From contig NC_069369.1 in assembly GCF_021730395.1 (NCBI RefSeq), forward strand, positions 29,741,250 through 29,805,249: a stretch of 64,000 bases of DNA, read 5' to 3'. The notes beneath the pieces were generated by a model that saw only the letters and a program-made list of their open reading frames with translations, had not been told where the DNA came from and did no database searches. This DNA comes from Mercenaria mercenaria (lineage: Eukaryota). The position numbers were made by a program, and so were the translations under genes. Below, piece by piece: positions 43,535 to 54,200 of this stretch. The stretch's first letter is position 1, and each line of letters begins with the position of its first letter.

Positions 43535-44699
43535 AAGTATAATATTGTCCTATCTATGTTATAATGCAAAACGTTAGGATTTAAATTTGCATACCTGAGA
43601 ATCTGCAGCTGTTACTCACTTTAAATGTTCATCAATATATAAACTAGGATTCTGTCCATAGGACATGGATGCCCCCACAAACCGTGCCATTCTCTAAATA
43701 GCAAAGTTTTTAGCACAGACCATCTTCACATGAAGTATGTTCGACTGGAAGTTTGTCAAAGCAAGTTGTATTCAGATATTAAAGGGTGTGTATTTGAGCA
43801 ACTTTGAATCCATTCCTTCACGAAGTGTATGAGGCATAGAACAAACCAAATTTCTTCACTATGGCCTATTTTGTGAAATGTTGAACTTAAAATTCCCAAA
43901 CCATTGTTACTGCCTAAGTTTTCTTTGCTTTTCAACAACAGTTTTACTATTTTGTAAACTTTTACTCATCAAATTCAGTATTTTTTACTGTTATCAATAC
44001 ACCATCACATATTTTAAAATGTTATTAAAAAAAAAAAAATCAAGTATATTTCATTAAGTTTCAATTATTCCTAATTAAGAAAAATTACAGAGGTATTTTC
44101 CCAATTGTACCGCAGTTGGTGTTACTAGGGCAATCTGACTGAAACTTGGCGGGCCGCAAAAACTCATAGTGGTGAACATGTATATGAAGTTTTATATAAA
44201 TATTCCCAATCATTTCCTAGATATGGCTCCGGACAAACGGACGGAAAGACGGACGGAAGGATGGACAACGCCAAAACTATATCCCTCCGAGTTTTGTCGG
44301 GGGATAATAAATTTCAGAAAGGCTAAAAATGTAATGAAATACTTAATCATATCAGATGGTCGAGTTACAGACCTGACTGCTAAGTGAGGTCATTCTATGA
44401 TGCTAAAGACATGTGGAGAATCTGAAAACATTTGATCAAGCAATTCCTGACAAACATGCAGACTTGCAAAACTGTCACAAAATTTCTATGTTAAAGGGGG
44501 CATAATTCTGACAAAATAAAATATTATAATATGCTTGTTTGCGATAGTATTTCAGTCTTTAAATGTTAAACTATAAAGGCATAAAAATAACATCGATATA
44601 AAATCTACTTGAAATATTGTTGTCATTTCAGAATCTGCTAATACCTAGGAGATGAAATTTTTTGAAATTTGAATTGTTCTGTACATGTCTGTAACACTC

Positions 44700-45200
44700 A
44701 AAAGAGGAGATGACATGCATGCCCACGGGCATAATGTCAAGCCGGCCAGCACCTTTGGCCTCCAATTATGACCTTGACCTTAGCCCTGGTTCTTGTGCAT
44801 GACATTCTGTCTCATAATGGTGAACATTCATGCCAAGTTACATCAAAATCACACCATGCATGAAGAAGAAATTTTTATGCTCTAAACAAACTTCAATTTG
44901 ACCTTTGACCTCCAACTGTGACCTTGACCTCTGAAATTGGAACATGGAGTTTATGCAAATAGTTTTTGCTGGACCATTACTTTGACATGCATGGACCAAT
45001 CTTGTTTATATTTGGCATGAATGTTTACCTCAATGAGAAGGAGTGCACATTCCAAATATAAACAAGATTGGTCCATGCATGTCAAAGTAATGGACCAGGC
45101 AAATTCGGGCGGATGAATGCACATACACCGACCTGCCAAAAGTGATGGCTATATAAAGTTCACCGAAAGCGGGCTCGACAAATTTTAAAATGTCAATTTT
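44700..45200. repeat. Satellite K-related block containing a 47-bp inverted duplication (hairpin)
   Basis: Homologous to 17780-18240, and ends with the same ...cggatgaatgcacatacaccgacc...gggctcgacaaatt tail. ORFs 44951..45251 are artefacts. Confidence 0.6.
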
Positions 45201-45849
45201 ATAGGGAGATATCATCCATGTTATTAAAGCTGACTCATTTACCAAACGCACAAGTAGTTACCCTGTGCATATAACAAATGTTAATATCATAAAGGTTGCC
45301 TGACTTACAAATAGTTGCAATAATAGCAAATACGTTATACTTTGAGCTGCGCGATTTACCAAACATGTACATCGGACTATTTGCAAGTTATATAATTACC
45401 AGATGCCGGGAAAACTTTTAAGGACAGGCTAGGTGTTACAAGATAGTTAGTGTGACGGCAAGTGTCCTTTTACCGGATCGCTAGACACCGCTCAAATGTC
45501 TACGTCCCTGTATAATGGTTAGACAGTATAATTTCAAAATTTGGAAGATAGATCTAATAGACAGAGTAGTAACACAGGTTGTTAGTGCTTGATGAACAAT
45601 GAATATTAAATTTACAAGTAAATACTTTTACACACATGCACTCAAGAAGACACTGTTTACTATTGATATACATCACATAATGGTTCTTGCATAAAACTTT
45701 TGCATTCACGTGCAAAATAGCGTTACACTGTTACATCCTTTGTTCTGAATGGCCATTTATAACCAGTATATTTCAGTGCTGCTCTTCAAATAAAGCGTAA
45801 TACTAATCACCTTCAAAATATGGATTGTTATTTTAGGATGTCAATCGCA

Positions 45850-46120
45850 GAATAAGTCCCCTGGAACAGTAATACGGTATTTTCTGTGTACTTTCCGCGG
45901 GATTCCTCGCGCTATTCAATTGAACTCTTCACAAATTCGAAGCCTCGTTATTTCACGTGACGCCGTGACATAATTTTTTTTGCTTCTTTGTATTTCTTTT
46001 TAAGTTTTAATAGCGTTGCATTGATTTTGCACTTAAATACACAAATATTTTGCTGGAGTTGTGCATGGCAGTGCAAATTATTGCAAAAATTTTGAACAAA
46101 ATTGCAATTTGTAAACAAAT
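45850..46120 (+). promoter_or_regulatory. MAEA: Putative MAEA core promoter and 5'UTR: a CpG-enriched segment with an E-box (CACGTG at 45954-45959) immediately upstream of exon 1
   Basis: Locally raised CpG content (ccgcgggattcctcgcgc...cacgtgacgccgtgac) in an otherwise CpG-poor, AT-rich region. Its position relative to the initiator ATG at 46121 supports the call. No TATA box is obvious. Confidence 0.45.
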
Positions 46121-46159
46121 ATGGCGGACATCAAGGCTTTAGAACACCCCACGTTAAAG
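46121..46159 (+). CDS. MAEA: MAEA coding exon 1 (MADIKALEHPTLK)
   Basis: ATG in a reasonable Kozak context (caaatATGG). It ends in phase 0 at AAG|GTTTAT and joins the next exon to give ...EHPTLK|VPYE, matching the conserved MAEA N-terminus. It lies about 170 bp downstream of a CpG-rich E-box segment. Confidence 0.72.
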
Positions 46160-46589
46160 GTTTATTTAAAGTTTTAAATGCTCATGGAACTCTAATATTG
46201 AAGAATTTTTTGATGTTATATATACTGCCATTCAAATAGAAATAGTCGTTTGCGGTTGTTCGTCTTTACAAGAGAAAAGAAACTGCATAAGAACTTGCAG
46301 ACAAGGGACATGCGCCATCCAGGGGTCGTCTCAAAATTATTCATGGTTGTCAAACTAAAAAAACAAGTTATGGTCAGTGGGGCAGCAGACTTTATTTGAG
46401 TTATCAAGGCACTGTGCTGTGTCAGACTGAGACGGGGTTTGAAAGGACTTGCCCTTTCATGTGGGGATAGTCCAATTAGTTTGGTGTGTCATAGGCAATT
46501 TTTCAGTTGTCAACAATGTGGTAGCCTGTGTCTTATTTCCACATCCAGTTAGCTCTAGTAATGAGTTGCGAATTTTTGCATTGAAAATT

Positions 46590-46770
46590 ATTATTAATTT
46601 CTTAGGAACTTGGAGTGAAATGGCTAACATTTTTAGTATAATATTGTCAAGTGATGATGTTGAAACTTTGTAATAAGATTAATCATTATTATTAATTTCT
46701 TAGGAACTTGGAGTGAAATGGCTAACATTTTTAGTATAATATTGTCAAGTGATGATGTTGACACTTCGTA
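46590..46770. repeat. ~85-bp direct duplication (ttattattaatttcttaggaacttggagtgaaatggctaacatttttagtataatattgtcaagtgatgatgttga.act) in MAEA intron 1
   Basis: Two near-identical copies. ORFs 46449..46673 and 46633..46821 are artefacts. Confidence 0.75.
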
Positions 46771-47554
46771 ATTTCTGAAGATTCTGAATGATTTTAACAT
46801 GACGTGCCAAATATATTTCAAGCAAGCAAAATAATAATCAAGAAAGTTTAAATAAGTCTGCTACAACATGATTGTTTTTTAAATGTTTATATTTGATGCT
46901 GCTTATTTTCAAACCCTTGAATAAGATTAGACTTTTTTCATAACAAATAATTTCCTCAGTTGGTCCAATCAACTTAAATTATTTCATTCAGTCAGCCAAC
47001 AACTTCTCATGCAATTAATCACCAATAACATAAATCTTTTTCAAAATGTTTATCTCTGTGAAATCTAGGTTAAGTTGAAAAGTGGAGTGCCAGAGGTAAA
47101 AAACTAGATCACTAGGACAGATCATAGAAAAACACTGTTAGGCCACAATTTGTGCTTGACCTTCATACATAGAAGTTTGTCAGAATGCTTGTCACTCTGA
47201 AATTTAGATAAACTTTGAAAACTGGATTATCAAGGTCAAAAACTTGGTCACTAGGTAAAATCACAGAGAGGCCTAGTTAAACACTAAAATGGCCACATTT
47301 TCTGCCTGATCAATATGATACTGATAGTGTCTGTATTGCTGCAGGAGTTTTGGCTAGTTTTCTCTATATTGCTTTATGGAAACTTTTAAAAATCATCCCC
47401 TCAGAAACAACTGGTCTGATTTCAAAATAATTTGACAGCAATGTCCCTTGGGTGATCCTGTACCAAAGTCCTTTGAAACAATCTGTTTTGTTAAAAACAT
47501 CTCAATATAGAAACCTCCTCTGCCTGAGCCGGATGGCCATAATTCAAAATAATT

Positions 47555-47713
47555 TGAGCCACGCCACGAAAAAACCAACATAATGGCTTTGCGACCAGCA
47601 TGGATCCAGACCAGCCTGCGCATCTGCGCAGTCTGGTCAGGATCCATGCTGTTTGCTTTCAAAGTGTATTGGAATTAGAGATACTGTTAGCGAACAGCAT
47701 GGCTCCTGACCAT
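47555..47713. mobile_element. MITE family A, copy 3 (truncated; second arm incomplete), in MAEA intron 1
   Basis: The first arm and spacer are intact. The second arm ends after gcgaacagcatggctcctgacca. Confidence 0.75.
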
Positions 47714-47839
47714 TACCCCCAACACTTCACTAAATACTTAATTGAGAAAGAAAATATATAAGGATTTGTCTGTCATGTATTTGGGGAGCATACATCTATT
47801 CTTATAATCAATGCAATGTGTAGCACTTATAATTGTATG

Positions 47840-49900
47840 ATATTTTTGTGCCCCCTCCCCCCCCTCCTATTTTTCGTCTGCTGGCTCCACTCCCTATTTC
47901 CAGAGTTATGGCCCCTGAAATAGTCAAAATTGCACATTTTCACTTTGTGACACGCCTAGCTCAAAAAGTATCTGATATAGATTCATGAAACCTTGCATGA
48001 GTCTTAATCGTGATATGAACTAGCGCAGCTCCTACTTTTCATCTCGGTTCGCCCCCTATTTCTAGAGTTATGGCCCCTGAAATAGCCAAAAATGCACATT
48101 TTCACCTTGTGACACGCCTAGCTCAAAAAGTATTAAATATAAATTTATTAAACCTTGCATAAGTCTTTATCATGATATGAACATGCGCACCTCCTGTTTT
48201 TCATCTAGGTCCGCCTCTTATTTCCAGAGTTATGGCCCCTGAAATAGTCAAAAATGCACATTTTCACCTTGTGGCGCACCTAACTCAAAAGTATTACATA
48301 TATCCTTTCCGCAGCCTTAACGTACTAAAACGTATTAGCGTCTGATGGCCCTTTCACGCTTCCGTAGAAACAACATTTATGACACGAAACTTATTTTGAA
48401 AATATTTCTGAAATGTCTAGGTCTGCAGCTCTCAAATACGGTTATATCTTACATCTGAGGCATATACTGACACTCTCAGACAACATCAAAAATGACATTT
48501 TGAGCGATTTGATGAAGTTCCAAAATTATCAATGTACCCTTGGTCCGTTACGGACCCCTGTGGGATTTCTGTTTATCCAGAGCTCATATATTTTTTCATA
48601 GATTAAAAGCTGACATGCTGTACTAAAGCCCAGGTAATTTCAATTCATAATAAAGTGCTGGAAATTGGCTCCCCAATAGCGAAAAAAAAAAAAAAAAAAA
48701 TGTCCACGCGCATACATTTAGACAATCTCATCCATCAGATGTTCGTCAAAATCCCGAGACGAACCTCTGATTTATTTCTGTCGTTTATTTGGTGAGCATG
48801 CGCACTCGTAATTACTACCGGGAGAAGTTTCAGCCAATCAATGTTCGCCACTGTTTGGCACGCCGAATTGAAATTTCAAACAATATGTAAGCAAGGTAGT
48901 TGCTAACGATGGATAAAGTAGATATTCCATGACTGCGATTAATAAAGATTTATTTCTGTTATCCGATGTTAAGAAATTTACCTGAAGAAATAATAATATT
49001 CCTCGTAAGTCGGCATCGATATGAAAGGACGCGGTCATGCTTTTCACGGACGATTTTGATTGGTTCGCTACATTTTGTCGCGAAACGACGCTGATTGGCT
49101 GAAACGTTTTACCTGTAATGTAACCAAACCACAAATATCGGCGAAATGTGCCAGAGGTTCATCCGGGGAACCACGGTAGACCTCTGGTATGCGAGAATGA
49201 CATTTAGACGGTGTGACCCCTGACTATCTACGAATCAAAATGCGGCTTTCGTTTTCAAGTTTAGCATTTCTACTTTCATTTTATTTACTTCCGGAAATAG
49301 CTGAAGGTCGAGTGACGTCATTTTCTGTGTTGTCAAAAACATACGCACGCCTGGCGAGATTGCATAAATATGTGCTGGCCGTCCTAAGGTTATTGATTAA
49401 ACCTTGCATGAGTCTTTATCATGATATGAACTTGTGCACCTCCTAGTTTTTGTCTGCCTCCGCCCCATTTTTTCAGAGTTATGCCCCCTGAAATAGTCGA
49501 AAATGCACATTTTCATCTTGTGACACACCTAGCTCAAAAAGTATATGATATAAATGGATGAAAACTTGCATCCATGAGTCTTTATCATGATATAAATATG
49601 CACACCTCTTATTTTTTGGCTGGCTCCACCCCCTACATGTATTTTTAAAGTTATGGCCCATGAAATAGTCAAAAATGTACATTTTCACTTAATTATGTGC
49701 CTAGCTCAAAACGTGTTTGATGTAAATTCATGAAACCTTGCTTTAGTCTTTATCATAATATGACCTTGCAGACTTGGCAGTCTTCTTGAGTATCTTAGTG
49801 CTTATTACAGAGTTATGGCCCTTGAAATAGCCAAAATAAAGGATTTTTTGTTTGTGATGCTCATAGCTCAAAATGTATATGGCCTAGAATAATGAATCCT
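47840..49900. repeat. Satellite J (~170-bp monomer: ttatggcccctgaaatagtcaaaaatgcacattttcac.ttgtgacacgcctagctcaaaaagtat...ccttgcatgagtctt.atc.tgatatgaac) in MAEA intron 1, interrupted at 48298-49397 by a non-satellite CpG-rich segment
   Basis: Three units precede and about four follow the interruption. The monomer register resumes 8-10 bp after the break point. Confidence 0.7.
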
Positions 49901-50049
49901 TTTCATAAAATGTTTGTTGAGGCTATACCCCCTTAAGACTGCAAACATTGAATTATTGCCCCTTATCTGTGACAAATGTACCTGTGGGGGCACACCCTGT
50001 GTCCTACAGACACATTTTAGTTATTAATAACTTATGTTTTTCTTACTAG

Positions 50050-50235
50050 GTGCCATATGAGCTGTTAAACAAGAAGTTTCGTACAGCTCAGAAAACAATT
50101 GACCGGGAAATTTCCAAGGTACATGGCGCTGGTGGAGAACTAGAAGTATGTCTTCAGAAACCACAGGTCACTATTGGAGAAGTGACAAAGGCGTTAGACA
50201 ATATGGTGGAAAAATTAAAGCTTTTAAAGAGAAAG
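50050..50235 (+). CDS. MAEA: MAEA coding exon 2 (VPYELLNKKFRTAQKTIDREISKVHGAGGELEVCLQKPQVTIGEVTKALDNMVEKLKLLKRK)
   Basis: Plus ORF 50050..50322. Acceptor tcttactag|GTGCCATATGAG, donor AAG|GTAATT. Aligns to human MAEA residues ~24-85 ([20 protein letters not shown]...LKRK). Confidence 0.9.
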
Positions 50236-50570
50236 GTAATTAATACAATGCTTGTTCTTGAAAATAACTTGGGTTTAATGTATAAAGGACATGGTCACTT
50301 AAGACTTACACAGCCTGTATAATTTGTAAAGATTGTCAATTGGTGATAACTGAAAATATCATACATTGTTTTCTACTAGAAAATTTAATTTCTATACTGA
50401 ATTTACTTTTTTTAACAGAAGTATTATATAATTGTATTTAGGTCGTATGCAAGAGCACAGTCAAGGACCACTAAAATATTTGACCAAAGATTCTCCATCT
50501 TTCACAGAATTTATGGTCATTTTTTGGTTGTGGTTGACAGCTGTGTCCATCTTGAAAATTTCAGATTTGC

Positions 50571-50758
50571 TTAACCCTTACCATGTTGGACATGATTGAT
50601 TCAGCCTTTAGGACCAGTGTAGATCATGATCAGCCTGCACATCCATGCAGTTTGATCATGATCTGCACTGTTGGCCATTCAGTCAGTATCTTTTTGGTAA
50701 GCACCCCTTATAACAGTTAATGGTATTGTCCAAATTGAAAGATGGACAAGTTCATTAT
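50571..50758 (+). mobile_element. MITE family B, copy 7 (3' end degenerate), in MAEA intron 2
   Basis: ttaacccttaccatgttggac...gatcatgatcagcctgcacatccatgcagtttgatcatgatc... Confidence 0.7.
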
Positions 50759-51914
50759 ATTCTGTAATTATACAACTATTGCATGCTGTTTGATAAAAAA
50801 AGTTCTTGATAAATTTACTGCATTACGAGGCCTTCAGTTTTTAGCTCACCAGAGCACACAGTGTGTGGTGAGCTTCACTATCAAGAAGAGATGTGCATAC
50901 TATCTTCTTGTTCTGGTCGGATGATTTTTCAAGGAGTTATTGCCCTTTGATTATTCAACAATAGTATACTATGGTACAATTCTTGATGGCGGGTGGGGCG
51001 TATGTTCTCCGTGACGATTTGATGAAAGACATTGTGTCTGAAATCATTCGTCCTCCACCTCTGATAATTCATGTGGGGAAGTTGGCAGTTACTTGCGGAG
51101 AACAGGTTTGTACTGGTACAGAATCCAGGAACACTGGTTAGGTTAACTGCTCGCCGTTACCTGACTGAAATACTGTTGAAAAACGGCATTAAACCCAAAA
51201 CAAACAAACAAACAATTCTTGATGGAGTATTTCTCAGGAACCAATGGTTGAAATTTAGTGAAACTTCATAGGAAGCTTTACTATCAACAAGAGATTGGCA
51301 TATTATCTTAGTGTACCGGTCCGATGATTTTTCACCCAGTTATTGCCCTTTGATTATTCAACAATAGTATACTATAGTATAATTCTTGTCTGGAGTATTT
51401 CTCAGAAACCAATGGTTTGGAATTTAGCCATACTCCATAGAAAGGTTCATCATCAAGAGGAGATTATCTTCATACCAAGTTATTGCCCTTCAACAGTAGT
51501 ATATTATGGTACAGTTCTTGTCCAGAGTATTTCTCAGCAACTGCTGGTCGGAATTTAGTGAATCTTCATTGGAAGCTTTACTATCAAGAGAAGATGAACA
51601 TATTTTCTTTGTGTTTTGGCTGGATGATTTTTCACTCATTTATTGCCCTTTGATTATTTAAACATTAGTTGACTATAGCGCCATCATAGTCGGGAGTATT
51701 GCCTGGAATTCAGCAAAAGTTCATAGGAAGCTTCACTCTCAAAAGGAGGTGTGCTTGTTTTCTTCAATATCAGTTGGAATGAGTTTTCATAGAGATACTG
51801 CCCTATAAACTACTGGTATATGTGCCCAGTCATTAAATTCCACTTTTGTTCTTTTAATATTCAAATTTCGGGGAGCATCCGTCGGTTTTACCGATATTTC
51901 TTGTTTTTATCAAG

Positions 51915-52118
51915 GCTGATGAGAGTATAAATGAAGAACTTGAAGCAGCTAGGATGATAAAGAGGCGTGTTGACCATCTAAAAGAGGCGGAGCATCTTCA
52001 TGAACATACACGCCCCTTATGGCAGAAGAAACGCCTAGATCGTATGTTAGTGGAATACTTCCTTAGGGCTGGTTATTATAACACAGCCCTAAAACTGGCA
52101 CAGCATTCAGAAATTGAG
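51915..52118 (+). CDS. MAEA: MAEA coding exon 3 (ADESINEELEAARMIKRRVDHLKEAEHLHEHTRPLWQKKRLDRMLVEYFLRAGYYNTALKLAQHSEIE), the LisH region
   Basis: Plus ORF 51954..52175. Acceptor ttttatcaag|GCTGATGAG, donor GAG|GTAATTGC. Matches human MAEA KRRIEHLKEH...[29 protein letters not shown]. Confidence 0.9.
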
Positions 52119-52184
52119 GTAATTGCTTTATCATTTTTGAGACATTTCAGGTTTACCTATAAAATTGAAAAATAAAAAGAAATA

Positions 52185-52402
52185 AGCCGCGCCATGAGAA
52201 GACCAACATAGTGGCTTTGCGACCAGCATGGATCCAGACCAGCCTGCACATCCACACAGTCTGGTCAGGATCTATGCTGTTTGCTTTCAAAGCCTATTGC
52301 AATTAGAGAAACCGTTAGCGAACAGCATGGATCCTGACCAGACTGGTCTGGATCCATGCTGGTCGCAAAGCCACTATGTTGGTTTTCTCATGGCACGGCT
52401 CA
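52185..52402. mobile_element. MITE family A, copy 4 (complete), in MAEA intron 3
   Basis: agccgcgccatgagaagaccaacatagtggctttgcgaccagcatggatccagaccagcctgcacatcc... with a matching inverted arm. Confidence 0.85.
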
Positions 52403-52944
52403 AATAGGCTTGCTTTTGACAAAAGTCACAAGAAATGTTGCTATACTCCTAGCATCAGTGATTCAGTATCATGAATGATTCTCAGCAAGTTTTTATCTCA
52501 ATTATTACTAATCACATTTAAAGGAAACTTTACACATTCCGTCCGCAGGATATTACCATCTGGACGAGAAAGGTTCCATATCTCTTGCTCTCAGTTTGAT
52601 GAAAGTATGCCCCATTTTGATCTTTTCAGTAAAATCCTTTTCGTGTTTGTCATCGAGTTAGTATCCTAGTAAGTACAAACCACACAACTGGGTGAAACTT
52701 TGTGCATGCCTTCCCTATGATAATATCAAATGAGTGACAATGGTAAAAAAAATTGGTTACATAATTCTTTCTATCATTTGGATGAAATTATGCCCCATTT
52801 TGTATGTAACTATGTTTCTCAACAAACATGATCTGTTTACGATTGTTAGCGAGTTAGTATCTCAGTAAATACGCATCATAAGTAAATGGTACCTAATACT
52901 TGCCTTTGCCATCATAATTCCAGCAGTATGAACTTAGTTTTCAG

Positions 52945-53040
52945 GGTAGTGGTGGTCTAGTGGTTAAGGTTTTGACAGCTGATCTCAGAGGCTGTGTGTC
53001 GAATTCCCACTGGGGTGACAACCACATATCCACATATCCT
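52945..53040 (+). mobile_element. tRNA-like SINE head (second family: tagtggtggtctagtggttaagg...gtgtcgaattccc)
   Basis: Box A and box B are present, but the ends do not pair into an acceptor stem, so it is not called a tRNA gene. Confidence 0.5.
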
Positions 53041-53289
53041 AATATGAACCAGTTCTGGTTTTTTCCAAGAAACTGACTTTAGAGTGGTTCCTGAAAGCTT
53101 GAAGCTCTCTTAGATTTGTTCAAATGCTTCAGCTTGACTGATTTTAGGGGTCACCAGAAGTAAGAATAGAAAACCCTTCAAATGCCTTCAGACGCCTTTG
53201 AATTGGGGGACATATCTGATTATACAGAAGACTTATTTTGTAATGTTTTGATTTAGCCTTGCGGATTATAAAAAAAACTGTGAAACAAT

Positions 53290-54200
53290 GAATATTCATG
53301 GGGCACATACTTTTTTAGCTCACCTGAGCCAAAGGCTTAGGGTGAGCTATTGTGATCACTCACAGTCCGTCGGCCGTCCGGCGTCCGGCATCCGTCCACA
53401 CTTTCCTTTAAACATCTCCTCTTAAACCACCTAGCCAATTTTGACGAAACTTCACAGGGATGTTCCTTGGATGGTCCTCTTTAAAAATTGTTCAAAGAAT
53501 TGAATTCCATACAGAACTCGGGTTGCCATGGCTACCGAAAGGAAAAACTTAAAAAATCTTCTTGTCCAAAACCACAGATCATAGGGCTTTAATATTTGAC
53601 ATGAAGCATCATCTAGTGGTCCTCTACCAAGATTGTTCAAATTATCCTCCTAGGGTCAAATATGGCCCCGCCCTGGGGGTCACATGTTTTACATTGACTT
53701 ATATAGGGAAAAATTCTCTTGTCCAAAACCACAAAGCGTAGAGCCTCATTATTTGGCATGTAACATCATCTAATGGTCCTCTATGAAATTTGTTCAAACT
53801 ATGCCCCTGGGGCGAAAAGAGGCCCCACCACGGGGGTCCTAAATTTTACATAGAGTTATATAGGAAAAAACTTTAAAAATCTTCTCGTCTGAAACCGCAA
53901 GATCTAGAACTTTGATATTTGGCTTGTAGCATTGCCTTGTGGTCCTCTACCAAGATTATTCAAATTATTACCCTGGAGTGAAAAGAGGCCCCACCCAGGG
54001 GGTCCCAAGTTTTACATAGACTTATATAGGAAAAAACTTTAAAAATCTTGTCTGAAAGTTCAAGGCTTAAGCCTTTGATATTTGGTATGTAGCATTGCCT
54101 AGTGGTTCTCTAACAAGATTGTTCAAATTATGCCCCTGGGGTGAAAAGAGGCCCTGCCCCGGGGGTCACTTGTATGAGTTATATAGGAAAAAATACTTTT
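53290..54200 (-). mobile_element. Composite element, an inverted copy of the 32.4-33.95 kb block (tail plus (CCGT)n microsatellite at 53290-53400, conserved spacer 53400-53560, satellite F array 53560-54190), in MAEA intron 3
   Basis: 53328-53400 is the reverse complement of 33841-33950. 53400-53560 is the reverse complement of 33700-33840. The monomers match satellite F. Confidence 0.65.

Noticed and set aside
16000-45000. A protein-coding gene in the 30-kb interval between CtBP and MAEA
   Set aside because: All ORFs of 60 aa or more here map to satellites, MITEs or SINEs, or are AT-rich random frames with no splice-consistent exon chains. The interval is better explained as repeat-rich intergenic DNA, possibly containing the CtBP 5' exon.
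48500-48600. Possible box C/D snoRNA (TGATGA at 48513 with a terminal gagc...gctca stem)
   Set aside because: There is no CTGA D box adjacent to the 3' stem. The stem complementarity is only 5 bp. This is not supportable without covariance-model scoring.
49213-49446. ORF MTPDYLRIKMRLSFSSLAFLLSFYLLPEIAEG... considered as a possible MAEA exon 1 or signal-peptide gene
   Set aside because: No donor in a compatible phase joins it to MAEA exon 2, and a better exon 1 (MADIKALEHPTLK) exists at 46121-46159. The hydrophobic stretch is a low-complexity translation of T-rich sequence.
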